Under the pieces are notes generated by a model. That model was not told the origin of the DNA and ran no database searches. It saw nothing but the letters and a program-made list of their open reading frames with translations. The translations under genes were made by a program, and so were the position numbers. Below, piece by piece: positions 50,601-57,752 of a stretch of DNA of 64,000 bases. The stretch is from contig JAZSIR010000008.1 in the NCBI GenBank assembly GCA_045533905.1, positions 55,623 to 119,622 on the forward strand, written 5' to 3'. Numbering within the stretch: position 1 is the stretch's first letter; each line of letters begins with the position of its first letter. This DNA comes from Clostridia bacterium. Its GTDB lineage: Bacteria > Bacillota > Clostridia > UMGS1883 > UMGS1540.

Positions 50601-53600
50601 ATCCTCTCATCATATTCCGCTTCCGTTATGTTTTCGTCTGCATACTCTGTAGCCACCGCATTTTTGGCAGCCTGCGTCTCGGTATGTGCCGCATGATTTC
50701 GCGGTAAAAGTTCCTCCGCTGTCGGAAGCACATGCTTTGGGAAAAGCGTATTAACATTTGTTTCTTCCTGCGTATATTTTCCGCCCTTCCGCGCATAATC
50801 ATCATTGACAACAGTATTTTCTTGTGATATACTGGTGTCAGTAGAGGATTTGTCGTTAATAGTTGCCAACCACTTATACAGTTGGGGATTCACTTGCGAC
50901 AGATCCTCTCTTTTATATTTTTCGGTAACACCATCGCTGGAAATTAAGTTCTGCACGTAATTGTTGTCAGAGCTGAATATAGTCACTACTACATTATAAT
51001 CTTTGTTTTTCCCATCAATGTCCTTGGTACTGTTAAGTTCGACGGATACAATCCCATTATTGCCTCTTTCGGTTTCTACCGTGGCAAAAAGATTTAATCT
51101 TCCGCTTGCAAGTTGTATAATCGCATCGGGGCTTTTCAAAAATTCCGGCAGTTTTTTTGCAATATCTGCCCCCAGATTGTGATAGTGCCCCTTAAATACG
51201 CCATCTTTTCTTACCGCAAGATAAAGGGTGTTATAATTAACTATAACCTTCAAGTCTCTCGCATCTTCAACATGATCCAAAATAACTTTCGGCGTATTCG
51301 AGGAAACCTCCACAGCCGTTCTCTTATCTGCCAAATCTTTTGCCACTTCATCCGAAACAGTTAAAATGCTATCTACCGCGCCACTGTAATCTTCTATCAG
51401 CTGCGCGTCTTCTTTTTCTCCTATTGTAACTTCCATTGCGGCGTTCGTCGAACGCGTTCCCTTTGTGACACCCTTTTCCACGAACGGCGCGCTCTGTTGC
51501 ACTTCCGGGGCGGTATTTGTTTTTTCTGCAACATTTGATCTTGCGTCCGTCTGTAATGTCGCCCCTTCAATGTTTAACGCCGAAAAATCTCCTCTTTGCA
51601 CCGCCATAACCTGCGCTTTCAAGGCAGAGTTTTCTCCATAAAGCTTCGCATGCACGTCACTCGTATTTTGAACGGCAGAAGCAAGGATGCCGCGAAGATG
51701 CATCGCCGCTTCCGCGAGGACGTTCGCATTGGTTATTTCCGCCGAAGCCTTGCCCGTCAGCACATAGTCTGTAAGAAGCTGTACGGCATCGGCACCGCCT
51801 TCCGAAAGCATTGTATAAGCAGGTGCCTTTCCTGCTTGCAATACGCCCACAAATGCCTCGGCATATTTTTCTACGTATGCTCTGTCAAACTGACTGTCCG
51901 CAGATTTCAGTACGCCAAGATTCGCCGCGTATACCGCGCTGTATCCACCTCTGCCGCCTGTAATTCCCTCCATTTTATCAGCCGCGGCATCGGTAATTTG
52001 CAGAGCTGCCCCAAAAATATCGGCCGCGCCTCCGGACTCGTTCGTTGTGAGTTCCACATCTCCCGTGGTTTGATACATGCGATTCACAATAGCATTTGCA
52101 TCGCTTTCGCTTACGCCTTTTTCTACAAGAGCGTTTTTTCGAATTATCAGTTCATTTGCTATATTCGCAGCATTTCCCACGGTCAAAATTGTGGTTTCCA
52201 ATTGTTCCGCGTACGCCTGAGCATATTTGATAATTTCCTTTTGTTTCGCTTCGACCTGCTCGACCGTAGCTTTTTTTATGTCCAGTATTTCAATCTTTTG
52301 ATTGTCTGCCAGAAAAGCATTGAAACCTTCGCTGATATCGTTTAAAGCAGAAGCCATATGCCTTACATTACTTTTCTGTATCGGATACGTGGCCGTTTGC
52401 ATAATAAGCGACAGCAGCACGCCTTGTTTGCCGCTTTCCAAAATTTCCGAAAACGTTGCTGCTCGTGCATTTTTGTCAACCCCCGAAATACGTTTTAATT
52501 TCGGTTCTACGCCCCGCATCAGCATTTCCTCTACGCCCTCGCTTCCAAAATTAAGCATTTTGCGCAGTCCCTTGTTTTTAACATTAAACTCAATCAAGGC
52601 ATCCCCGAAATCCGTGCCTGCAAAGCCGCCAAAAATCTTTTCCGTCATTAGTTCGCCGAGACCGGAAAGTGTACCGTAAACCAAGGATTTCCCCGCATCT
52701 TTCGATAACTCGTATCCTTCCTTCGCACTGCCCCCGGCAGCACTTGTGCCAAACACAATGCTGGAAGGAGTGAAAAATTTCTTTGATGCAGCCTTCAAAG
52801 TAGAAAGAGTGGTATTTTGGGCAGCTTTTCGCGCGAGTTCAAGTTCGAGCAGCGGGCTCCCGGTTGCTGTCATTATTTCCGCAACTATCGGAATAACTAA
52901 ATTCCCTGCACTTTGTACCACCCCTCCTAGCTCTCTTACAGCCGGATGCGGAGTCATTCGTTCTTCTGCGTTTCGGCTCATAACGTCAGATATCCCATCC
53001 GCTTCAAGGTTTTGACCTGCAAATCCCAGGACAGAATCGGCGGCCTTATTCGGAGCAACACCTCCAATTTGAAGCCCTTGCCCCACAAGCCAACTGGCCC
53101 CCGCCGTCAAATATCTGCCCGAGTTTTCCACCGTCCCGACTACGCCTGCCGCCGCTTTTGCGGCAAGATATTCGGCATTAACTGCTACCGGCCCCAGCAC
53201 CGGGTGGTTTTTTGCAAATGCCTCTCGGTCGTTTCTGGATGCTTGCGCGTGTAATACATTGAACTCCGCATCGTCCTGCTCCGTTGAGAGTTTCTTCCCA
53301 CTCAGAAACCCGAAAATCTTCTCGCGTTTTGGATCATATATCTTTCTGCCATTTTCGTCGTGGTACCATGTATAATTATGCGCCTCTGCCCATTTGTCCA
53401 AATCGTCGAAAGAAAATTCCTCCGGGTTAATATTATACTTTGCAAAAACAGGGTTGTTTTTTATCCACTCTTGTCTTTCCCTTTCTGCCAGATGCGCTTT
53501 AACCCTCTCCAGAACGCTTCCTTCGTCTTCGTCCACCGGTGCATATGTGTCTAATTTACCGTTTTGCATTGCGTAATACGCCGCCGGGCTGATTTGCACC

Positions 53601-54370
53601 GTGTCTCCTCCGTCCGGCATCACTATGCTGATGCTCTTTTGCCTTGATGCTTGCTCGGCCAACGTAAAAGCTTCTCTGGGGTCCTTCGGTATTCCCTCCA
53701 TTTTGCTCGGCAGTCTCTCCGGAACCCGTATTATTGTTCCCAAAGCAGGGTTTTCGGCCAGCCAGTCCTCCGTAACTTTCTCCTCTTTTTCGTAGTATGT
53801 TTGAAATTCCCCAAGCGTGGAATTGTGGTATTCTATTTCATCTGCATACGTGTCATATGTTTTTTGGTATCCCTTTGCACTTGTATCATAAAGAGATCTT
53901 GTCTTTTCCAAAAGAGAACGATCTGCATCCGAGCCGGTTGTTCTGTATTTGGTTTGTAAATCCTTTGCAAGCGCCCCGAAAATATCTATTTTCTTTTTCA
54001 GCGTTTTTAAGGTGCCCTCGTTTTCTTCTATGCGTTTCTTGGAATCATCCAGGGCGCTTTCGTACCAGCTCGACAAAACTCCGATTTTCGGCGTATAAGG
54101 CTGCCCGTTTTCTTTAGCTTCGCGTCTTCTCGTGTCCTCTTCCATTTGCACTTTTTGCAGCATGGCTTTGCTGCCGTATCTTCTGCGCACGCGGCTGTCG
54201 AAGTCATCTCTCGTTTCCCTTTTGCTGTTGAAAGCAGAGTTTTTTGTCTCCGTCTTTTCTTTGGTCTCTTTCTTTTCCTCCGTTTCCGCTTTTTTGTTGT
54301 TCCGCACACGGCTTTCAAAATCATCGCGTATCTCCCATAAGGTAGCGTGATTGTAATTTTTGTATGCCAT
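44627..54370 (-). CDS. Giant (3247 aa) phage polyvalent / DNA-ejection-type virion protein
   Basis: Last gene of the virion module; Ala/Gly-rich helical N-terminal region, central cassette of compact domains including a HERIH...EE zincin motif, long helical C-terminal region with hydrophobic segments. Confidence 0.88.
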   Translation of the reverse strand: MAYKNYNHATLWEIRDDFESRVRNNKKAETEEKKETKEKTETKNSAFNSKRETRDDFDSRVRRRYGSKAMLQKVQMEEDTRRREAKENGQPYTPKIGVLSSWYESALDDSKKRIEENEGTLKTLKKKIDIFGALAKDLQTKYRTTGSDADRSLLEKTRSLYDTSAKGYQKTYDTYADEIEYHNSTLGEFQTYYEKEEKVTEDWLAENPALGTIIRVPERLPSKMEGIPKDPREAFTLAEQASRQKSISIVMPDGGDTVQISPAAYYAMQNGKLDTYAPVDEDEGSVLERVKAHLAERERQEWIKNNPVFAKYNINPEEFSFDDLDKWAEAHNYTWYHDENGRKIYDPKREKIFGFLSGKKLSTEQDDAEFNVLHAQASRNDREAFAKNHPVLGPVAVNAEYLAAKAAAGVVGTVENSGRYLTAGASWLVGQGLQIGGVAPNKAADSVLGFAGQNLEADGISDVMSRNAEERMTPHPAVRELGGVVQSAGNLVIPIVAEIMTATGSPLLELELARKAAQNTTLSTLKAASKKFFTPSSIVFGTSAAGGSAKEGYELSKDAGKSLVYGTLSGLGELMTEKIFGGFAGTDFGDALIEFNVKNKGLRKMLNFGSEGVEEMLMRGVEPKLKRISGVDKNARAATFSEILESGKQGVLLSLIMQTATYPIQKSNVRHMASALNDISEGFNAFLADNQKIEILDIKKATVEQVEAKQKEIIKYAQAYAEQLETTILTVGNAANIANELIIRKNALVEKGVSESDANAIVNRMYQTTGDVELTTNESGGAADIFGAALQITDAAADKMEGITGGRGGYSAVYAANLGVLKSADSQFDRAYVEKYAEAFVGVLQAGKAPAYTMLSEGGADAVQLLTDYVLTGKASAEITNANVLAEAAMHLRGILASAVQNTSDVHAKLYGENSALKAQVMAVQRGDFSALNIEGATLQTDARSNVAEKTNTAPEVQQSAPFVEKGVTKGTRSTNAAMEVTIGEKEDAQLIEDYSGAVDSILTVSDEVAKDLADKRTAVEVSSNTPKVILDHVEDARDLKVIVNYNTLYLAVRKDGVFKGHYHNLGADIAKKLPEFLKSPDAIIQLASGRLNLFATVETERGNNGIVSVELNSTKDIDGKNKDYNVVVTIFSSDNNYVQNLISSDGVTEKYKREDLSQVNPQLYKWLATINDKSSTDTSISQENTVVNDDYARKGGKYTQEETNVNTLFPKHVLPTAEELLPRNHAAHTETQAAKNAVATEYADENITEAEYDERMDILEAEASMAGESMLYDDGRKYSISGQDEEPINISSGNALSEDPLHPIDYDSLINKKDMAITDVDDSQILSRAEARALAKENVKSRLNEHNDGNTFFVHNKDTDTEIIVGTEGINHGLVRRYQDNAIVDTKIGEYIENAIYVNELRPREAGAVRTYVLLGYGESDSASYPAYFIVNIRQDGKHELKEYGVLSSGNAKKIAGTFANKATVGDGKTANSTSAPATISIKKLLDIVKEKFSEILPQSVLSHYGIARKNGKIGPYVRFSNEENHSLRTIEGSTNNEGRSVLSDGSGERTHSASSGKPVRKMDGRTSRYREGREAGRERRKYCETLRASGLTEEKVVYDTACEVIPKEQYTPRMRKIEAENLRNGIDETIFITGKARILSKKDSKGNHKMARGVYVRKDGRKTVLVQYDNEWFTPEQINDHERIHDQYNTRLVQKVKNIITNSLSASERKQVLEKLATDYNGIVEDNEEALIEEFVANVLSNMDYDYLHAFAELQKAFWKGDEQFIDSYKVSEYTESADAGGNAESLEQADLGEKDAAVPRYTEQEYRDYGWARANNILTAGQNTDYRSKFADAVSGMAEFPKSKAGEYIIPVSNIYDASQEGVNNVLVFAKGTIENPVITSVIKIDEYDETSLDDVRRRIYEGERRGIQQEAGELFRRYHSSAYEFRPNQQRTGAGSVKNSGYHGHGGRSGEKTSEAEGKIKVSYSAAGAEEMAKDKLPVKAEAALRQAESHLLGRIGEILSVPGKAQRETLQSIVRDISKDYLDRGAIDRTKADELFEAAWREGLIVNEDYYKQYKYIRDYLRSTQLTISEEDRTSIADFGDFRKRAFGKLRLVNEGGLPVDSAYMELEEMAPELFPVEITHPADQLMHMLEIADGIRKTEQTLDEAHGEDAEVFKEAAKDEFHAALNSAAVDFKRVKRYSDEQGRKTEKKEEEKKARIETKEEVQEAYKNLKATRRNLDKVTRKALLTDEDTVRVGQLLRGEINPMSLNTETDNVKDILAVYNAKKEYEQYAKRIRDWNRRRKEGLAAEAREYLGGMENWKDKKFLAGLRYSIETMERNFRDVMGEDAAALIAKYLNPVYKGNAEAVKLKEEMREKVRALGLSRKVASGNLVSEAHAVQLLGEAEDNITVLRVMPKDAKRDGQTLSEWEGNVKKLWAENPNLDEGKIREAVKTFREIYDTLFEKMNAVRVRNGYEPVNYRRGYFPHFQPGQEGVLAQFGRALGIDTSVSALPTTINGMTHLFRPGIQWFGNAKERLGFNTVYDAVEGFDKYIEGVSGVIYQTDNIQKLRALAKEIRYAASDEGVQKQVDRIEEREDLPRDEKDTLIAKLYEDAKFALSNFVVELEEYTNLLANKKSRQDRDMEYTLGRKMYNIMQRVNSNVSGAMVSLNIPSWLTNFIPLTQAWGLVDSKYLLRGMGETARAYFDHTDDFVSQSAFLTSRRGSDPLVKMWEQGPEKKNPIGKAWRGYQKAVDKLSGGMEYIDAFTADSIVRAKYLQNIDAGMSEAAAMEDADAFARGVMAGRSRGEMPTAFNATNPLQKLFTQFQLEVNNQYRYLFKDMPRAMRERGIAALAVALLKLFLGAWIFDELYELLFGRRPAMDLLSLLNEASGDFTGYRLPALSDLVDGETDLREENPSLWKGASNLVKNIGEELPFVGGVLFGGGRVPISSALPSVSNMGKALLYEKWDGKKKRQTLAKELSKPLLYMLPAGGQIKKIAEGADAMIRGGSYTVDADGNEILQYPVYNDGEWWETALNGGRAMLFGKTTLPTARNWVRSGFKSLSAKETELYKELTAAGMSGKEAFATVQEAGGTVISSYREFTDAGLTSENAIRLSIDLEKLTPEEGEETVSRMQRYKTVVAAKLPEAETMAALATMMEEGAYEKLTMGNTYGVAPGTYFAYLETLPKYDADENGSYKQPEVQAALDAMGHGGYMLPTADGVNRNLTKKQKAVLWQLADKSWKPKNNPYDVEIGTEIYDALHAE
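48478..48660 (-). CDS. Nested +1-frame small gene (60 aa) inside the giant ORF
   Basis: TAAGGAGG-AGAATTT-ATG; amphipathic helical product MRVSGEAF...EEEVVKKLQKLKEK; the host frame is a disordered-looking linker here. Confidence 0.65.
   Translation of the reverse strand: MRVSGEAFSRRLESYSDDTIRLLTSFDQISKELALEALKIVATTDTEEEVVKKLQKLKEK
49576..49758 (-). CDS. Nested +1-frame small gene (60 aa) inside the giant ORF
   Basis: AAGGGAG-CACAAACA-ATG; product MKEEVYYQMEAASGRTVRVPASQLEKWMEGQ...; the host frame is an R/G/S-rich linker here. Confidence 0.65.
   Translation of the reverse strand: MKEEVYYQMEAASGRTVRVPASQLEKWMEGQAAIERGEKPVVSEESIAKLSELLGLPRKK
49899..49927 (+). promoter_or_regulatory. Antisense sigma-A promoter inside the giant ORF
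   Basis: TTGACA(49899-49904)-N17-TATACT(49922-49927). Confidence 0.8.
49933..50012 (+). ncRNA. Candidate antisense small RNA A (three-way junction, T8 tail)
   Basis: TAGCAGGAGCT pairs with AGTTCCTGCTA; inner hairpins TGGCA/TGCCA (within GTGG/CCAC) and TTGCC/GGCAA; T8 tract. Confidence 0.65.
50805..50833 (+). promoter_or_regulatory. Antisense sigma-A promoter inside the giant ORF
   Basis: TTGACA(50805-50810)-N17-TATACT(50828-50833) with TGn extension. Confidence 0.8.
50840..50922 (+). ncRNA. Candidate antisense small RNA B (long stem-loop, U-rich tail)
   Basis: AGAGGATTTGTCG pairs with CGACAGATCCTCT (13 bp, one G-U); inner CCAAC/GTTGG; followed by CTTTTATATTTTT. Confidence 0.65.
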
Positions 54371-54387
54371 ATATTAGCCCTTCTTTC

Positions 54388-55749
54388 TTAAAACCCTTTT
54401 TTGAAACCTACCTCTAGCATTGTATCTTCACCGAGTGCCCCTGCCAAAGTATCCCATTCCTCCGAAGTAGGTATAACCATATCCGGGTACATCGACTTTA
54501 TATTCCCCCACGGCTCCGTCTGTGGTTCTGCCTGCGGCTGCGTCTGCGGCTCCGGGATCGGAAGCGTCTCCCCGCCGCCACCGTTTCCGTTTATAACCGC
54601 CTGCAGAAGGCTGTTGTTCCCTGTTGCGTCATACACGTCTTTGGCGTAGTCAAGCTCTGCGCCCTTCACTTCAAGCCCCAAAAGCTTTTTGATATAGCTC
54701 GCATCATACCCGAGCGCCTCAAATTCGCTGGTATCCCCCGTAGCATTTGCCACATTCATAGCGTGCGAAAGCTTCGCCGCTGCTTCCTCTCGTCCGTACT
54801 CTGCTTCAAGACGGCTTGTGTCAATCCCGAGCCTCTGTAAAGGTTTCAAGTCCCCAGCTTCCAATGCCTTATATGCCATCTCAACAGTGTCCTTAAACCG
54901 ATCGTATTTACTGTCATCTATGGTCTTCAGAATATCCGCATCGCTGACAAGTCTGTCGCGCTCGCCCGCCCAAACATCGTACGCGAAGTTACGTCCATCC
55001 CTGTAGTCCTGGACTTTATCGCGGTGCTTTTGATAGTCGCTTTCTTCGAGCGCCCGCAATACATCCAAATCCTGTATTTTCATCGCGTGCTCGTTCATAT
55101 ACTGGTTGTACGCCGCCTCGTAAAGCTCCGGAATTTTATCCGAAAGCGCCGCCGCATATTGATTCCCCGCCTGTGCCGCGGCCGTCATTGCGTAGGAAGA
55201 AGGAATGCCGCCCGTCATGGCTGCCGCTATCCCCATGGTATCCTCTGTCGCGCGCCGTCCTTCGCGTGTATACTGCTTTTTATACTGCGCAAAGCGCGGG
55301 TCCGTCTCCGCATCATAGGTAAACGGATCACGGTTTAAAATCTCGTTGCGGATTTTCCGCATGTCGCGGTCGTTTCGGCTCACATATGTCGGCGCCTCCT
55401 CGTCGTATGTAAACGGCTCATAGTTTGCCACTTTATCTACCGCACTCTGTACCTTGCCCGATACTGTCGGGAAGGAAGACGTCGCATCGCTCACCGGTTC
55501 CTTGTAGTACCAGTCTCCCGCGGCGCCGCCTGTATACCCGCCATACTTTTTGCGGACTGCCTCCGCGCCCTGGTTTGCCATGGCTCTTGCCTCGTCCGTT
55601 TCCGCGGCGTAGTATTCCGTCTTATAGTTTAGAATCTGCATCCCTGCGTCCGGATTTTCCCTCGCAAGCTTCAAGTCAAAATCCGAAAACCGCTCAAATA
55701 ATCCTCTGCCCTTTGCCGCTTTTTCAAAATCCTCGTACGTGATATTCAT
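54388..55749 (-). CDS. Phage protein, probable internal virion/ejection protein (453 aa)
   Basis: Helical Ala/Gln/Tyr-rich protein with AAAMTGGIPSSYA segment; between the tail-hub-like gene and the giant ORF. Confidence 0.7.
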   Translation of the reverse strand: MNITYEDFEKAAKGRGLFERFSDFDLKLARENPDAGMQILNYKTEYYAAETDEARAMANQGAEAVRKKYGGYTGGAAGDWYYKEPVSDATSSFPTVSGKVQSAVDKVANYEPFTYDEEAPTYVSRNDRDMRKIRNEILNRDPFTYDAETDPRFAQYKKQYTREGRRATEDTMGIAAAMTGGIPSSYAMTAAAQAGNQYAAALSDKIPELYEAAYNQYMNEHAMKIQDLDVLRALEESDYQKHRDKVQDYRDGRNFAYDVWAGERDRLVSDADILKTIDDSKYDRFKDTVEMAYKALEAGDLKPLQRLGIDTSRLEAEYGREEAAAKLSHAMNVANATGDTSEFEALGYDASYIKKLLGLEVKGAELDYAKDVYDATGNNSLLQAVINGNGGGGETLPIPEPQTQPQAEPQTEPWGNIKSMYPDMVIPTSEEWDTLAGALGEDTMLEVGFKKGF

Positions 55750-55761
55750 CTAAAACCCTCC

Positions 55762-57360
55762 TTATAATTCGCTCCCCGCGTATATTTCCTGTGTTATAGA
55801 ATAGATCTTCCACATCCCCACGCCCTCAATGCGAAGCCGGAAATGGTCGCACCGGCGCGGAATGATGGGAAGATAAAAGCTCCGCTTTTTCTCGGCACGC
55901 ACCGTCTTCACCTCGCGCCACACGCCGTCAGAATCAAACTGCGCGAGAACCCGCAAAGAAGCCCCTTCCGAAAGCTCCGCGCGCATCTGCAGCTTTGCCA
56001 CGCCTTTTTTGTCCGGGGCGCCTCCCGTAAAATCGCCAAACTCTGCAAAGCTTTCCACAAAGCGCTCGCCGTCCTCGCCGTCCGTCTCCCCGTCGCACCA
56101 AGCGCCGTCCGCCCGAAGTCGAATAAGTCTCTGCCCGTCCCATGCAAAGGCGAGCACCCTCTCCCCGTCCTCACGGTGCCACATTCTTTTTTGCGTGTCA
56201 TACGAAAAGGTGTGGTACTTTCCCTGCATATCCTCCATCGAAATATAGTATTTGATGCCGTCGCTGCCGCCGACGGCATTTTTGTATTTCTCCATCCCGA
56301 AAGGCGCAGAGATGAGCTGCGGCGCACCGCCTGTGTATACCGCCACGCCGCCACGCGAAAGATAGAAGAGCATCTCGCCCGCAATCGCCGCGCTTTTTTC
56401 GCTTCCCTTTGCGATGCCCATCGTCGCGCTTCCGAGTATCTGAAAGTTTTGCGCCCTGTCGCCGTATACCTTGTAGACATGCTCCTCTTTGAAAAAGCAA
56501 GGGTACCCGAGAAGGCTCGCGCATCCCGTAAAGTTTCCAAAGCTTCCCGTGTCGGCGGCAAAGCTGTCGGTGGAAATCCCGTCAAACACATTCCAGTTGA
56601 AAGGGTCTCCGGGCTTCGAAGCGTAAATGGTATCGCCGCGGCAACCCCAAACGCGGTTTTCATTTGTGCACATAAAGTCCATATCGGGCACATTTCTTCG
56701 GAGCGTAATCGCCGCCTCCGCGTCTCCCCCTTCTCCTATCGTAAAGCTGTTTTCGTAAAACCGAAGCGTATCGCCCTCTATCTCGCGCACGATAATCTGC
56801 ACGTTGTTCTCTCGGTGCGCCGCACAGCCCGAAATCTCTACCGCATCGCCTACGCGAAAAAGACTGCCCCAGTCCGCGCCTTCTGCATATATCGTGTTGG
56901 CTGCAGCCTTCTCGCCTTCATAGGTGCCGTCTTGAATCTTAGCCGCGCCCTTCCACTCTGCCTCAAGACTTCCGCTCTCGCCCGTTTTTGCATTGTAGTA
57001 TTTTTTGTCGGGAAAAAGTAAAATGTACGCACCAAACGCCGTGCACACCTTCTCCCCCTCCGAAAGCGATACGAGCATGACGCGCTGCCCCCCTCCGGGA
57101 AAGTATTCGCAAAACGCATCCTTCCCTATGAGATAGTAGCGCCCGTCAAAGGCATATAACGCCTGCACATCCGCATCCTCTTCCAAAAAGCGCTTTCTCG
57201 GCTTTCTCGGGGAAAGGATGGGATATAAATCGCTCGTAAGATTTTCCATATCCCATATTTCCCCTTCCGCGCAGGCGGTTGTGTGGTTGTATCCCCCAAA
57301 CTGCACCTGCGTCGTTTTCCCGAGGCCGTCGCCGTACAGCATAGAAGGCAGTCCGTTCAT
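55762..57360 (-). CDS. Phage tail hub / packaged-DNA stabilization-like protein (532 aa)
   Basis: Beta-rich with DMENL.S...LSPR start, NRVWG..IYASK.GDPFNW, FFKE, FYLSRGGV; position typical of P22 gp10-like genes (inferred). Confidence 0.7.
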   Translation of the reverse strand: MNGLPSMLYGDGLGKTTQVQFGGYNHTTACAEGEIWDMENLTSDLYPILSPRKPRKRFLEEDADVQALYAFDGRYYLIGKDAFCEYFPGGGQRVMLVSLSEGEKVCTAFGAYILLFPDKKYYNAKTGESGSLEAEWKGAAKIQDGTYEGEKAAANTIYAEGADWGSLFRVGDAVEISGCAAHRENNVQIIVREIEGDTLRFYENSFTIGEGGDAEAAITLRRNVPDMDFMCTNENRVWGCRGDTIYASKPGDPFNWNVFDGISTDSFAADTGSFGNFTGCASLLGYPCFFKEEHVYKVYGDRAQNFQILGSATMGIAKGSEKSAAIAGEMLFYLSRGGVAVYTGGAPQLISAPFGMEKYKNAVGGSDGIKYYISMEDMQGKYHTFSYDTQKRMWHREDGERVLAFAWDGQRLIRLRADGAWCDGETDGEDGERFVESFAEFGDFTGGAPDKKGVAKLQMRAELSEGASLRVLAQFDSDGVWREVKTVRAEKKRSFYLPIIPRRCDHFRLRIEGVGMWKIYSITQEIYAGSEL

Positions 57361-57752
57361 ATCGCATCCTCCTCAAATATCAAAAATCCCTCCAGTGCCA
57401 AAAGCACCGCCGGGCGTATCTCCTTCGGTTGCTTGCCGCGAAACGTCGGTATGTCCGAAACCTCCACCATGCCGAGCTCTTTATGCTGTTTTCGAAACTC
57501 TTCGCATTTGGAAGGCTCGCGAAATACGAACTTTCCTTCTCCCTCCCAAAGGATTTCTCCGTTTTCACCCCTCGCAGCATATTCCTCAAGTAGCGCCCGC
57601 TCCGCCTCTTTGAAAAATGCCACGTGCTCGGAAAGCGCACGCCGAAGTCCCAAAACGGCGTACGCCGTCTGGTAGTCAAGCTCCTTGTCCATAAGCGCCG
57701 AAAGCGCAAGGTGCGCGTTCACGCATTCTATAAGATGCCGTTTTTCTTTCAC
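57357..57752 (-). CDS. Phage hypothetical protein (131 aa)
   Basis: Translationally coupled in the operon; helical, acidic. Confidence 0.75.
   Translation of the reverse strand: MKEKRHLIECVNAHLALSALMDKELDYQTAYAVLGLRRALSEHVAFFKEAERALLEEYAARGENGEILWEGEGKFVFREPSKCEEFRKQHKELGMVEVSDIPTFRGKQPKEIRPAVLLALEGFLIFEEDAI

Noticed and set aside
50626-50811. Another same-strand alternative-frame ORF in the giant gene
   Set aside because: No SD and an Arg/Met-rich shadow composition, unlike the two accepted nested ORFs; the same applies to 45207-45521, 45936-46229, 46477-46824 and 54028-54324.
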